Assembly (NCBI GenBank): GCA_027623675.1
Contig: JAQBVF010000007.1
Span: 1-64,000, forward strand
Source of the DNA: Chloroflexota bacterium
Lineage (GTDB): Bacteria; Chloroflexota; Dehalococcoidia; Lucifugimonadales; UBA3495
Length of the DNA stretch: 64,000 bases
Direction of reading: 5' to 3'
Under the pieces are notes generated by a model. It had not been told where the DNA came from. It made no database searches and worked only from the letters and a program-made list of their open reading frames with translations. Below, piece by piece: positions 30,955 to 39,579 of this stretch (the stretch's first letter is position 1; the number at the start of each line of letters is the position of its first letter). A program made the translations under genes and the position numbers.

Positions 30955-32061
30955 ATGAAAACGATTGAGCTTGACTACTCCAAACGATGCGGCGATGAAC
31001 CGGATAAAGGACATAACCGCTGGCATCCGGATATTCCCCCTGCCGTGGAAGCCGACCCCGGCGAAGAAGTGGTGATGCAGACCCGGCATGCCTTCGACGG
31101 GCAGGTCACGCCCACCACGGTATCGGCCGACCTTTTGGGCGCCGACCTCGGCCTGGTCCACCCGCTGACCGGGCCGGTTTTCGTGAAAGGCGCCGAACCG
31201 GGCGACCTGCTGGAGATCACGATCCAGCGCATCGAACCGGCGTCTTGGGGCTTCACCAGCATCCTGCCCGGATTCGGGTTCCTGCGAGACGTCTACACCG
31301 AACCATATCTGGTCCACTGGGAGATGAGCGACGGGTTCGCCCGCTCCCCGCAATTGCCCGGAGTGCGCATCCCCGAGGCGTCTTTCATGGGGACCATCGG
31401 GGTTGCGCCGTCCCGCGCCCTACGGCAGGAGATACTTCTCAGAGAGGATGAGCTGCTGCGCCGGGGTGGAATGGTCGTGGGCCCGACACCGGAAGGGGCG
31501 GTACCGGCACACGAGCCGTTCGCCAGCGAGGGGCTTCGGACCATCCCGCCCAGGGAGCATGGCGGGAACCTGGACATCAAACAACTCACGGCAGGCACCC
31601 GGCTGATGCTGCCGGTGTTCACCGAGGGCGCGCTGTTCTCGGCCGGCGACGCTCACTACGCTCAGGGCGACTCGGAATGCTGCGGCACCGCGGTTGAGAT
31701 GGATTGCACCCTCCATGTGAGTTTCCGGCCGTTGAAGGGAGAAGCCACCCGACGTGGCATCCGTTACCCAATCTTTGAGCGGGACGAATACTTCACAAGT
31801 CCGGAGATGGCGGCGCCCCGGCGGTTCATCGCCGCCACCGGCATGTGCATCTCCGATGGTGTAAATCAATCAGAGGATGGCACTCTTGCGTCCCGAAACG
31901 CGCTTCTCAACATGATCCAACTGCTGATGGAACGGGGTTGGTCCAGGGAGCAGGCCTACTGCATCTGCAGCGTGGCGGTTGACCTGAAGGTAAGCGAGGT
32001 CGTGGACGTGCCCAACTTCGTCGTTTCCGCCTTTTTGCCGTTGGACATATTTGAGGACTGA
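30955..32061 (+). CDS. Acetamidase/formamidase family protein
   Basis: HNRWHPDIP, HPLTGP, PREHGGNLD and GDAHYAQGDSE motifs. Confidence 0.92.
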   Translation: MKTIELDYSKRCGDEPDKGHNRWHPDIPPAVEADPGEEVVMQTRHAFDGQVTPTTVSADLLGADLGLVHPLTGPVFVKGAEPGDLLEITIQRIEPASWGFTSILPGFGFLRDVYTEPYLVHWEMSDGFARSPQLPGVRIPEASFMGTIGVAPSRALRQEILLREDELLRRGGMVVGPTPEGAVPAHEPFASEGLRTIPPREHGGNLDIKQLTAGTRLMLPVFTEGALFSAGDAHYAQGDSECCGTAVEMDCTLHVSFRPLKGEATRRGIRYPIFERDEYFTSPEMAAPRRFIAATGMCISDGVNQSEDGTLASRNALLNMIQLLMERGWSREQAYCICSVAVDLKVSEVVDVPNFVVSAFLPLDIFED

Positions 32062-32082
32062 GGGTTCGCCGCAGCTAATCGA

Positions 32083-32718
32083 TTATGATTTTTCTATAGA
32101 GAAGAGCCAGTTGGCGCCGGACTGCCCTCCCGCCTCCAGGTCGTCTCGAGTGGGAAACCCGGCCCAAATAACCGATGCCAAGAGGAAATGCTTGCCCGTC
32201 GCAAGGGGCAATGGCACGATTACCTCCCAGCCTTGCACGCCCTCGTCCCGGTTAAAGGTCAGATCACAGGGATTGTGCGTTCCCGAGGCGAGGAGAATAT
32301 TCTGACATGAATACAGGACCGACGGGAGCTCCGTGCCCAGCCCTGTTTCACTTACCCTTGATATTTTTACATCGACTGGCGGCGCCGTGGCGCCAAGTCT
32401 TAGTAGAAAAGAGCCTCTTTGCAACGCCGCAATCGACTCGGGCATTGGCCACGGCAGGTCCACTGTGTAGCGCTCTAATTCTCCTTTCACGGTCCAATCG
32501 TAGTGAATCATCACACCTTCCTGGATGTGGGCGCCCGTGTCATTTTCCACGACGAGATGGGCCAGTGGAGGCCTTAGGGGCAATGGCGGCCATACAGCGG
32601 AGGTGTCCCCATTTTCACCCATGAGCCTGTCCACGGCAACAAACAGCGGCCCGGCAACGACGGTGACGATCAGGATAATTGCCAAAAGTTTTTTGGAATG
32701 CAGGACCAACTTTGACAC
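32083..32718 (-). CDS. Hypothetical protein with N-terminal membrane anchor
   Basis: Hydrophobic LLAIILIVTVVAGPLFVAV; GTG start; atypical codon usage. Confidence 0.5.
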   Translation of the reverse strand: MSKLVLHSKKLLAIILIVTVVAGPLFVAVDRLMGENGDTSAVWPPLPLRPPLAHLVVENDTGAHIQEGVMIHYDWTVKGELERYTVDLPWPMPESIAALQRGSFLLRLGATAPPVDVKISRVSETGLGTELPSVLYSCQNILLASGTHNPCDLTFNRDEGVQGWEVIVPLPLATGKHFLLASVIWAGFPTRDDLEAGGQSGANWLFSIEKS

Positions 32719-32794
32719 CCCCCATAAACATGGACCACCCTTGTATCCAGATCAAACTCGTCCAAGCCAAGCGGCGCTCAGGCTCTTTAAATGC

Positions 32795-33529
32795 CTAACC
32801 TACATACTGAATCTTGACGCCGGGAGGGGGGGTGAACTCGAACATGTCATCGGGGATAGTTTCATCGAAGACCACCTGAGTCACCTCCCTTATCATCAAT
32901 TGCCGGCCATCGATCCACGCCGCTACCCTAAGCATGGAGCCACGCTCTGCGTCGACCAAAAGCTCGTACTCATCAGCCCATGCCCACAACATTTCCGAAA
33001 GCGGGTCCTTGGGGTCGATATCGTCTCTAGGCCACGCCTTCACCCGTATCGCCTCTCTCCCGGCGTGGGTAGCCCGGCCGGATGGCTCTACGACCACCAT
33101 CAGGAGCGCGTTTGATGGGTCGTAGATGTCCGTACCCTCCCGATAGTAGCGAGTGTATTGTGGATTGGCGATTACGGTCTGACCTGCTTGTACGTTTGTG
33201 ACGACTGAGGGTCGACGCAGATTGTTATGCCAGAATCGATCGCCGTTTACAATCTTCGTCAGCCAGGGCTCCCCATCTGGGCGATAAAACTCGTAGCGCC
33301 AACGGGACGGGGGTTGGACCCAAATGCGCGAAAACCACTCTGTCTCGGGGGCAACGGGAGACTGGGGGCCGAGAGAAACCACGCTCCCGGCCCCCCGCGC
33401 CGAATGGAAGCGGCGGCTAGCTTCCGCCTGCGCTTCTTCATCCCGCCAAACTCGCACCGTCGCCTGGAAGGTGCTGAAGGAATCGCGGGCAGTAAAGATT
33501 AGCTCCAGTAGGTCCCCCAACTCACTCAT
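32795..33529 (-). CDS. LolA/RseB-like fold protein (putative)
   Basis: Patterns RIWVQPPSRWRYE...IVNGDRFW, LLVDAERGSMLR and FDETIPDDMFEFTPPPG. Confidence 0.55.
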   Translation of the reverse strand: MSELGDLLELIFTARDSFSTFQATVRVWRDEEAQAEASRRFHSARGAGSVVSLGPQSPVAPETEWFSRIWVQPPSRWRYEFYRPDGEPWLTKIVNGDRFWHNNLRRPSVVTNVQAGQTVIANPQYTRYYREGTDIYDPSNALLMVVVEPSGRATHAGREAIRVKAWPRDDIDPKDPLSEMLWAWADEYELLVDAERGSMLRVAAWIDGRQLMIREVTQVVFDETIPDDMFEFTPPPGVKIQYVG

Positions 33530-33543
33530 AGATGTGGGCCTGT

Positions 33544-33999
33544 TTAGCCACAGACGACGTCGGTGGGCGTGTTGAATGTTGGGTCATTAAGGGATGAAGT
33601 AGTCTTAGTCCATTGATCTGTTCCCTCTATCACCAGATGATTAGTCATGGTGAAGTATTTTCCATTCTCGCAAATTCTACGTGGATTGCCGTCCACCAAT
33701 ATTTTATTAGGGCCTTCGCCTACGCCGGTTGTAAGCTGAGTGTTGCCATTGATAGTCCATTTCCAAAGTCCCGTGTTAGCCCTCAAGTAATCTCGAGGTT
33801 GCCCGTCTTCGCAATAAGTGAATCCATGGGCCGAAAGGTCCTGACCTGGATTCGACCAATGCGGGTTGTCGCTCCTACCCGTACAGGGGCCAACATTCTC
33901 CTCACGCTGGTGGTCATACGCCAAAGCCGTGGTAGTAAATGCCGCCACAAGGATAAACAGAACGAATGAAACCCCCGACAAAAGTTTGTACCGATGCAT
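33544..33999 (-). CDS. Small secreted protein with 4 Cys
   Basis: Signal peptide MHRYKLLSGVSFVLFILVAAFTTTALA; GAGGTG RBS upstream of ATG 33999; low GC. Confidence 0.65.
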   Translation of the reverse strand: MHRYKLLSGVSFVLFILVAAFTTTALAYDHQREENVGPCTGRSDNPHWSNPGQDLSAHGFTYCEDGQPRDYLRANTGLWKWTINGNTQLTTGVGEGPNKILVDGNPRRICENGKYFTMTNHLVIEGTDQWTKTTSSLNDPTFNTPTDVVCG

Positions 34000-34288
34000 G
34001 ATACACCTCGCTAATTTAGATGCATGGAATATACATAAACCGCGATAATTATCCAAATGGTGTGAACAAAGTGTGAGTTTCTAACTGATGTGATAAGCAT
34101 AGCCCGTTTTAAAAAAAGCGCCGCTGGTGGGTGGTTTCGGCAGTCATCGGGTTCCGAGGGAGTTGAAGACCGTGGCCCCGCCGCAGAGCGTAGGCCAATC
34201 TGTACCGGCTCCCGGTTCGATGAGGTATACTCCCAGTAATCCAGCCGAGGGTCGGCAATCGCGAAGAAAAATCAAAGGGGGTGAAGAC

Positions 34289-35470
34289 ATGAAATTCGGA
34301 CTCCTATTTGAGATGCAACGGCCCTTTGAGGGCAACGACGTGGACTGGAACTCCCTGTACCGGGAGACCCTGGACCAGTGCGAACTGGCCGACCAGGTGG
34401 GCTTCGACGCCCTGTGGTTCGTGGAGCACCACTTCTTGATGGGGTTCTCCGGTTCGCCCTGTCCCGAGGTCATGCTGGGCGCTCTAAGCCAACGCACCAA
34501 GAACATCCGCATCGGCTTTGGGGTCTCCATCCTCCCCAACCACCATCCCATCCGGGTGGCAGAGCGCGTGGCAATGGTCGACCAACTGACCAACGGCCGC
34601 GTGGAGGTCGGCACCGGCCGCTCCAACGCCTACGAGCAGGTGGGCCAGGGCATCGACCCCCGCGAGACCAGGGACCGCTGGGAAGAGTCCATCTCCATGC
34701 TGCCCAAGATCTGGCAGTCCGACGAATTCTCCCACGAGGGCAGGTTCTGGAATGTCCCGCCCAGGCGCGTGCTGCCCAAACCGTTCCAGAAGCCCCACCC
34801 TCGCTTGTACCTGGCCTGCACCCAGACGGAGAGCTTCCGATTGGCGGCGCAGAAAGGCATCGGGGTGCTGTCGTCCGCGTCATACGCCGTGGATATCCTG
34901 AAGGAACACGTCAAGGTTTACCGGGACGCCATCAAGGACGCTGAGCCGGTCGGTGCGGAGATCAACGAATTCTGGGGCAACAACGTCCATTCCTTCTGTG
35001 GCAAGGACGACCAGGCCGCCAAGGAACTTTGCGCCGATTCCATGAAGACTTTCTTCGGCCCAGACAAGCCCTACATCCAAGGCCGCATCAACGCCTACGA
35101 GGAGTTGTTGGAGTCCTGGGGCGGCGTGCCCGATAACCTGAAGGCCGACTTTGGCCGGTGGCTGCGCCAGTCCGATGACGACCACAAGACCCAGGCGGCA
35201 GAGGCCGGCATCTCCCTTGATTCGGGTCCGGGGGCGGCCCGCGCCGCCGTGGCCGAACTTGACGCCAACGTGCTGGCCGACCGGGGCGTCATCATCGCCG
35301 GAAACCCCGAAAGCTGCATCAAGACCATCAAGACCTACGAAGACATCGGGGTCGACCAGGTGATGCTCATAATGCAGACGGAGACCATCGAGCACGACAA
35401 GGTGATGGAGTCCATCGAATTGTTCGGCAAAGAGGTCATCCCAGCGTTCAGCAAGTCCAAGGTCAGCTAG
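34289..35470 (+). CDS. LLM class flavin-dependent oxidoreductase
   Basis: MKFGLLFE, WFVEHHF, HPIRVAERVAMVD and FGKEVIPAF motifs. Confidence 0.92.
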   Translation: MKFGLLFEMQRPFEGNDVDWNSLYRETLDQCELADQVGFDALWFVEHHFLMGFSGSPCPEVMLGALSQRTKNIRIGFGVSILPNHHPIRVAERVAMVDQLTNGRVEVGTGRSNAYEQVGQGIDPRETRDRWEESISMLPKIWQSDEFSHEGRFWNVPPRRVLPKPFQKPHPRLYLACTQTESFRLAAQKGIGVLSSASYAVDILKEHVKVYRDAIKDAEPVGAEINEFWGNNVHSFCGKDDQAAKELCADSMKTFFGPDKPYIQGRINAYEELLESWGGVPDNLKADFGRWLRQSDDDHKTQAAEAGISLDSGPGAARAAVAELDANVLADRGVIIAGNPESCIKTIKTYEDIGVDQVMLIMQTETIEHDKVMESIELFGKEVIPAFSKSKVS

Positions 35471-35492
35471 CGCCGGCGCGAGCGGCAACAAA

Positions 35493-35526
35493 AAGCCCCT
35501 GGTCTTAAAGATAAGACCAGGGGCTT
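35493..35526. terminator. Bidirectional terminator between convergent genes
   Basis: AAGCCCCTGGTCTTA/TAAGACCAGGGGCTT 15-bp stem. Confidence 0.75.
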
Positions 35527-35557
35527 CGTCTTTCGTTTAGGCCGCAACGGTCAAGGG

Positions 35558-36502
35558 TCAAAGCCGCGTTCTGACCTCCGACACCAGTTCCGCCGCCAGA
35601 CGTTCGCCTTCGGCTATCGACGCCACCTTGTACCCGGCCATGCCGCATTTCAGGCTGGCTTGGGCGGTGGCGAACCGGGCGCACTGCTCCAAACTCCACC
35701 CCCTCACGCTCCCGTAGATGAACCCTGCCGAGAAGCACGAGCCGGCCCCGTTGCCGTCGATCGCGTCGACCCGCGGTGCGCTAACCCTTACAGTCTGGCC
35801 GGCGTCGGCGGCCAGACTGCCGCGCCCGCCTCCGGTGACGACTGCCGTCGCCATGCCCGAATCCAGCAGACCCTCAGCGATTGACACCATGTCTTCCTCG
35901 GAGTTGGCGTCATCGGCCGAGACCTGACAGACAGGGGCGTAGGGGGCAAGCTTGCTGAGCAGCTCGTGGTCCCGGTATTGGGACTCGATGTTTACCAACA
36001 CTGGAACCCCCAAACCCGAGGCGGCCTTGATCGCCCGAAAGATGTGGTTGCCATCGTACCAATCGACATAGAGGAATCCGGCGCCCTCCAACGGCGTCAG
36101 GTCGGCATCGTCCAACGTGGCCACCAACTCCGGGGTCCGCTGGTAGAAATAGGTGCGTCCACCGCTAGGGTCGACGATGGACAGTTCGGCAACGGTTGCA
36201 ACTTGGGGGTCCAAGGTGATCTCCGCCGGAATGCCCTGACGGACGATGATGGCAGCCACTTTGGCGCCCAGGTCGTCGTCTCCCAGAGCTGACGGGATAA
36301 GCCTGGTCTTCTGGCCCCATTGGTGGAGCATGCCCGCAACTATGGCTGCGTCGTCGCCGTAGGAGTCGGTCAACCGCTGGATCGGTAGCCCCGTGTTGTG
36401 GATGGGTATCCGGTCCACCGCCATCAACTGCAGATAGCTCAACACACCGAAGCACACCACTTGTTTCCCAGATCCCGCGCCTGCCCCGTCTTCGCTGCTC
36501 AA
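35558..36502 (-). CDS. PfkB family carbohydrate kinase
   Basis: VVTGGGRGS and a DGNGAGSCFSAGF variant of the PfkB signature. Confidence 0.78.
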   Translation of the reverse strand: MSSEDGAGAGSGKQVVCFGVLSYLQLMAVDRIPIHNTGLPIQRLTDSYGDDAAIVAGMLHQWGQKTRLIPSALGDDDLGAKVAAIIVRQGIPAEITLDPQVATVAELSIVDPSGGRTYFYQRTPELVATLDDADLTPLEGAGFLYVDWYDGNHIFRAIKAASGLGVPVLVNIESQYRDHELLSKLAPYAPVCQVSADDANSEEDMVSIAEGLLDSGMATAVVTGGGRGSLAADAGQTVRVSAPRVDAIDGNGAGSCFSAGFIYGSVRGWSLEQCARFATAQASLKCGMAGYKVASIAEGERLAAELVSEVRTRL

Positions 36503-36733
36503 TCGGCCACTCCCGTTATGGGTAATCCGGTACGGCCCTCGCCGCGTATACCCGGCAAGTATCTGTTCCCAACTCTGGTCCAGTCACCCAGTATAGCAAT
36601 CCGTTATTGGCGGCAAAGGCGTAGCCGGTGAGATAGTGGCCCTCATCGACGACTGAGTTCATTGACACTAGCTAGGGGCCTTATTACAGTTGAATCTAGT
36701 GATTATCTTACCGGGAAAACCGTTAATCGACCC

Positions 36734-38479
36734 ATGGCGAGGGATCGGATGAGACCGCTATTCGCTCTTGTATCATTGGTTCTTTTGGTGGCGATCGCGT
36801 GCTCTCCGGGATCCACATCCGATTCCGCATCCGGTCCTTCTTCGGGAGACAGCCCCACCCAGGCCGCGCCCTCCGACGCTGGGAATGAGACCGCCGGCGG
36901 ACCACCAGGCACACCCACTCCGACCCCGCTACCTGCCAACCCACCGGCGGGGCGGTCCGGAAGCGGGAAGATCGTGGACGGCGGGACATTCAGAGTCCTG
37001 GCGTCCGACCCTCCAACGCTCGACCCACACCTCACCACCGACGTGAGCTCGGCTATCTTTGCCGTAGAGATATTCGGCGGCCTGATGACCATCGACAAGA
37101 ATCTGGCCGTGGTGGGCGACCTGGCCGAGGGCTGGGATGTTAGCCCCGACGGCACAGCCACCACCTTCCGCCTGAGGCCCAACGCCAGATTCCAAGACGG
37201 CGAAAGCGTGACGGCAGGCGACGTCAAATGGTCCCTGGAAAGGGCGGCCGATCCACTGACGGAGGCGTTCAACGCCAGCATTTTCCTGGGTGACATCGTC
37301 GGAGTTGAACAGAAGCTTTCCGGAGCGGCCACCCAGATATCCGGAGTGCAGGTGATCGACGAGCGGACCATCACCATCACCACCGACGCTCCCAAGGCCT
37401 ATTTCCTCTCGAAACTCACCAACCCCATCTCATTCGTATTGGACCAACAGAACGTTGAATCAGGCCGAAATTGGTTCTTGAAACCCAACGGGACCGGCCC
37501 CTTCCGGCTTACGGAGTACCGGCCCGGTGAAGTGCTGCGGCTGTCCAAGTCCGAAAACTACCACCTGGGTCCGCCCATGTTGGACGAGGTGGAGTTCTTG
37601 CTCAGCGGCGGCAACAGCATGCTGATGTACGAGAACGACGAGATACAGGTCACCGGGATCGGTCTGTCAATGTTGGACGGCGTCCTTGACCCGTCCAACC
37701 CTCTGAGCGCAGAAGTTGTTCAAGCCCCGCCCCAATTCGAAATCCAATATTTCGGACTGAACACGTCCCAGCCTCCGTTCGACGATGTGAAAGTTAGGCA
37801 GGCTTTCAACTATGCCATCGATCGGCAGACCCTGGCCAGCACCCTGCTTCAGGACCTGGTGTCGCCGGCTGAAGGTATCCTGCCTCCGGGATTCCCAGGC
37901 TTCAATCCCGACCTCAAAGGGTACAGGTTCGACCCGGACAAGGCGCGCCAGTTGATCAAAGAGTCCAAGTACGGCTCCGCCGAGGCGCTGCCCCGAATCA
38001 CATTGACGCTCCCCGGCAATTTTGGCGCAGCGATCAGCCCGTCCACCGAGGCCATGCTGGCCATGTGGGAAGAAACGCTGGGGGCGGACATCAACATCCT
38101 TCAGACTGAATGGGCCATATTCCTACAGGACCTGCACCAGAATCGGTTCCAGATGTTCGGCGGTCTTGGCTGGATCGCAGACTATCCAGACCCAGAGAAC
38201 TTCCTGGACGTACTATTCCATAGCAACAGCAAGAACAACCAGTCGGAATACAGCAACGGTCAGGTTGACCTGCTTCTTGAGCGTGCCCGGGTTGAGCCGG
38301 ACGAGAATAAACGTTTCGACCTCTATCATCAGGCGGAAAGGATCATTGTCGACGAGGCCCCGTGGATACCGCTTTGGCACTCTAACGGCGGTTCGGTCCT
38401 GCTCAAACCCGAAGTGAACGGATACTTCATATTTCCGATGGTGGTTCCGAGATACCGCTACATCTACTTCACTGAATGA
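36734..38479 (+). CDS. Peptide/nickel ABC transporter substrate-binding lipoprotein (family 5)
   Basis: Lipobox AIAC; TLDP, PNGTGPF, VRQAFNYAIDR and GWIADYPDPENFL motifs. The start may be 36749. Confidence 0.88.
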   Translation: MARDRMRPLFALVSLVLLVAIACSPGSTSDSASGPSSGDSPTQAAPSDAGNETAGGPPGTPTPTPLPANPPAGRSGSGKIVDGGTFRVLASDPPTLDPHLTTDVSSAIFAVEIFGGLMTIDKNLAVVGDLAEGWDVSPDGTATTFRLRPNARFQDGESVTAGDVKWSLERAADPLTEAFNASIFLGDIVGVEQKLSGAATQISGVQVIDERTITITTDAPKAYFLSKLTNPISFVLDQQNVESGRNWFLKPNGTGPFRLTEYRPGEVLRLSKSENYHLGPPMLDEVEFLLSGGNSMLMYENDEIQVTGIGLSMLDGVLDPSNPLSAEVVQAPPQFEIQYFGLNTSQPPFDDVKVRQAFNYAIDRQTLASTLLQDLVSPAEGILPPGFPGFNPDLKGYRFDPDKARQLIKESKYGSAEALPRITLTLPGNFGAAISPSTEAMLAMWEETLGADINILQTEWAIFLQDLHQNRFQMFGGLGWIADYPDPENFLDVLFHSNSKNNQSEYSNGQVDLLLERARVEPDENKRFDLYHQAERIIVDEAPWIPLWHSNGGSVLLKPEVNGYFIFPMVVPRYRYIYFTE

Positions 38480-38537
38480 TCGTAACTGGGAATAACCTAG
38501 ACTGGGGGCGGGATTGACGGAACCGGCCGGGGGTGGC

Positions 38538-39422
38538 ATGAAGGTATATCTGGTGGACGGCACCTACGAGTTATTTCGCTCCTACTTCGCTCTGCCGCCA
38601 ATCCAGGCTCCCGACGGCCGCCCGGTTGGGGCGGTGCGCGGCGTGGTGCAGAGCCTACTTCATCTGCTGCGGGAAGAGTCCGTAACCCATATCGGCTGCG
38701 CTTTCGACCACGTCGTAGCGTCGTTCCGCAACGACGTGTTTGCCGGCTACAAGACCGGCGAGGGCACCCCGGAAGACCTCATGGACCAGTTCGAGTTGGT
38801 GGAGCGGGCGGTGGCGTCTCTGGGGATACAGGTCTGGCCCATGGTTGAATACGAAGCCGACGACGCCCTAGCCACGGCGGCCGCCAGATGCATCAAGATG
38901 CCTGGCGTGGAACAGGTTGTGATCTGCTCCCCGGACAAGGACCTGGCCCAGGTCGTGCGGGGGAACTCGGTGGTCTGCCTGGACCGGCGTCGGAACAAGC
39001 TGATCGACGAGGCCGGCGTGGTGGAGAAATTCGGCGTGTCACCCGGTTCCATCGCCGACCTGCTGGCCCTGACCGGCGACGCCGCTGATGGCATTCCGGG
39101 CATCCCCCGTTGGGGCGCAAAGACAGCATCCCAGGTCCTGGCACGCTACGGGCGAATCGAAGACATACCCCGAGACGCGGCTGATTGGGATGTCAAAGTC
39201 AGGGGGGCGGCAGGCGCGGCGGATAGCCTGAACGCCCATGCCTCCGAGGCGGCGCTATACAAAGACCTGACCACCCTGCGGACGGACGTTCCCATCAACA
39301 CTGATCTGGCGACGCTGGAGTGGCCGGGAGCCCACCGGGAGAGATTCCAGAGTTTATGCGCAGAGTTGGGTTTCGGCAGTAGGCTGGCGGAACTGCCACA
39401 CCGGTGGTCAGACGGGTCTTAG
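38538..39422 (+). CDS. Stand-alone 5'-3' exonuclease / flap endonuclease
   Basis: LVDGTYELFR, EADDALAT, SPDKDL and GDAADGIPGIPRWGAKTA motifs. Confidence 0.9.
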   Translation: MKVYLVDGTYELFRSYFALPPIQAPDGRPVGAVRGVVQSLLHLLREESVTHIGCAFDHVVASFRNDVFAGYKTGEGTPEDLMDQFELVERAVASLGIQVWPMVEYEADDALATAAARCIKMPGVEQVVICSPDKDLAQVVRGNSVVCLDRRRNKLIDEAGVVEKFGVSPGSIADLLALTGDAADGIPGIPRWGAKTASQVLARYGRIEDIPRDAADWDVKVRGAAGAADSLNAHASEAALYKDLTTLRTDVPINTDLATLEWPGAHRERFQSLCAELGFGSRLAELPHRWSDGS

Positions 39423-39428
39423 ACGGCA

Positions 39429-39456
39429 ATAAGGGCGGGTGCTTACCCGCCCTTAT
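39429..39456. terminator. Terminator hairpin between convergent genes
   Basis: ATAAGGGCGGGT/ACCCGCCCTTAT stem. Confidence 0.7.
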
Positions 39457-39579
39457 CGTTACATCAGCCGCCGATCAATCCTGGTTGGCCGCCTTAGTTT
39501 TCGTTGAATGGCGATTTCGTTCAGCGGCGGGAGGGACGTGATTCACCATTGGCGCCCTACCCGATCGTCATCAATCAGG

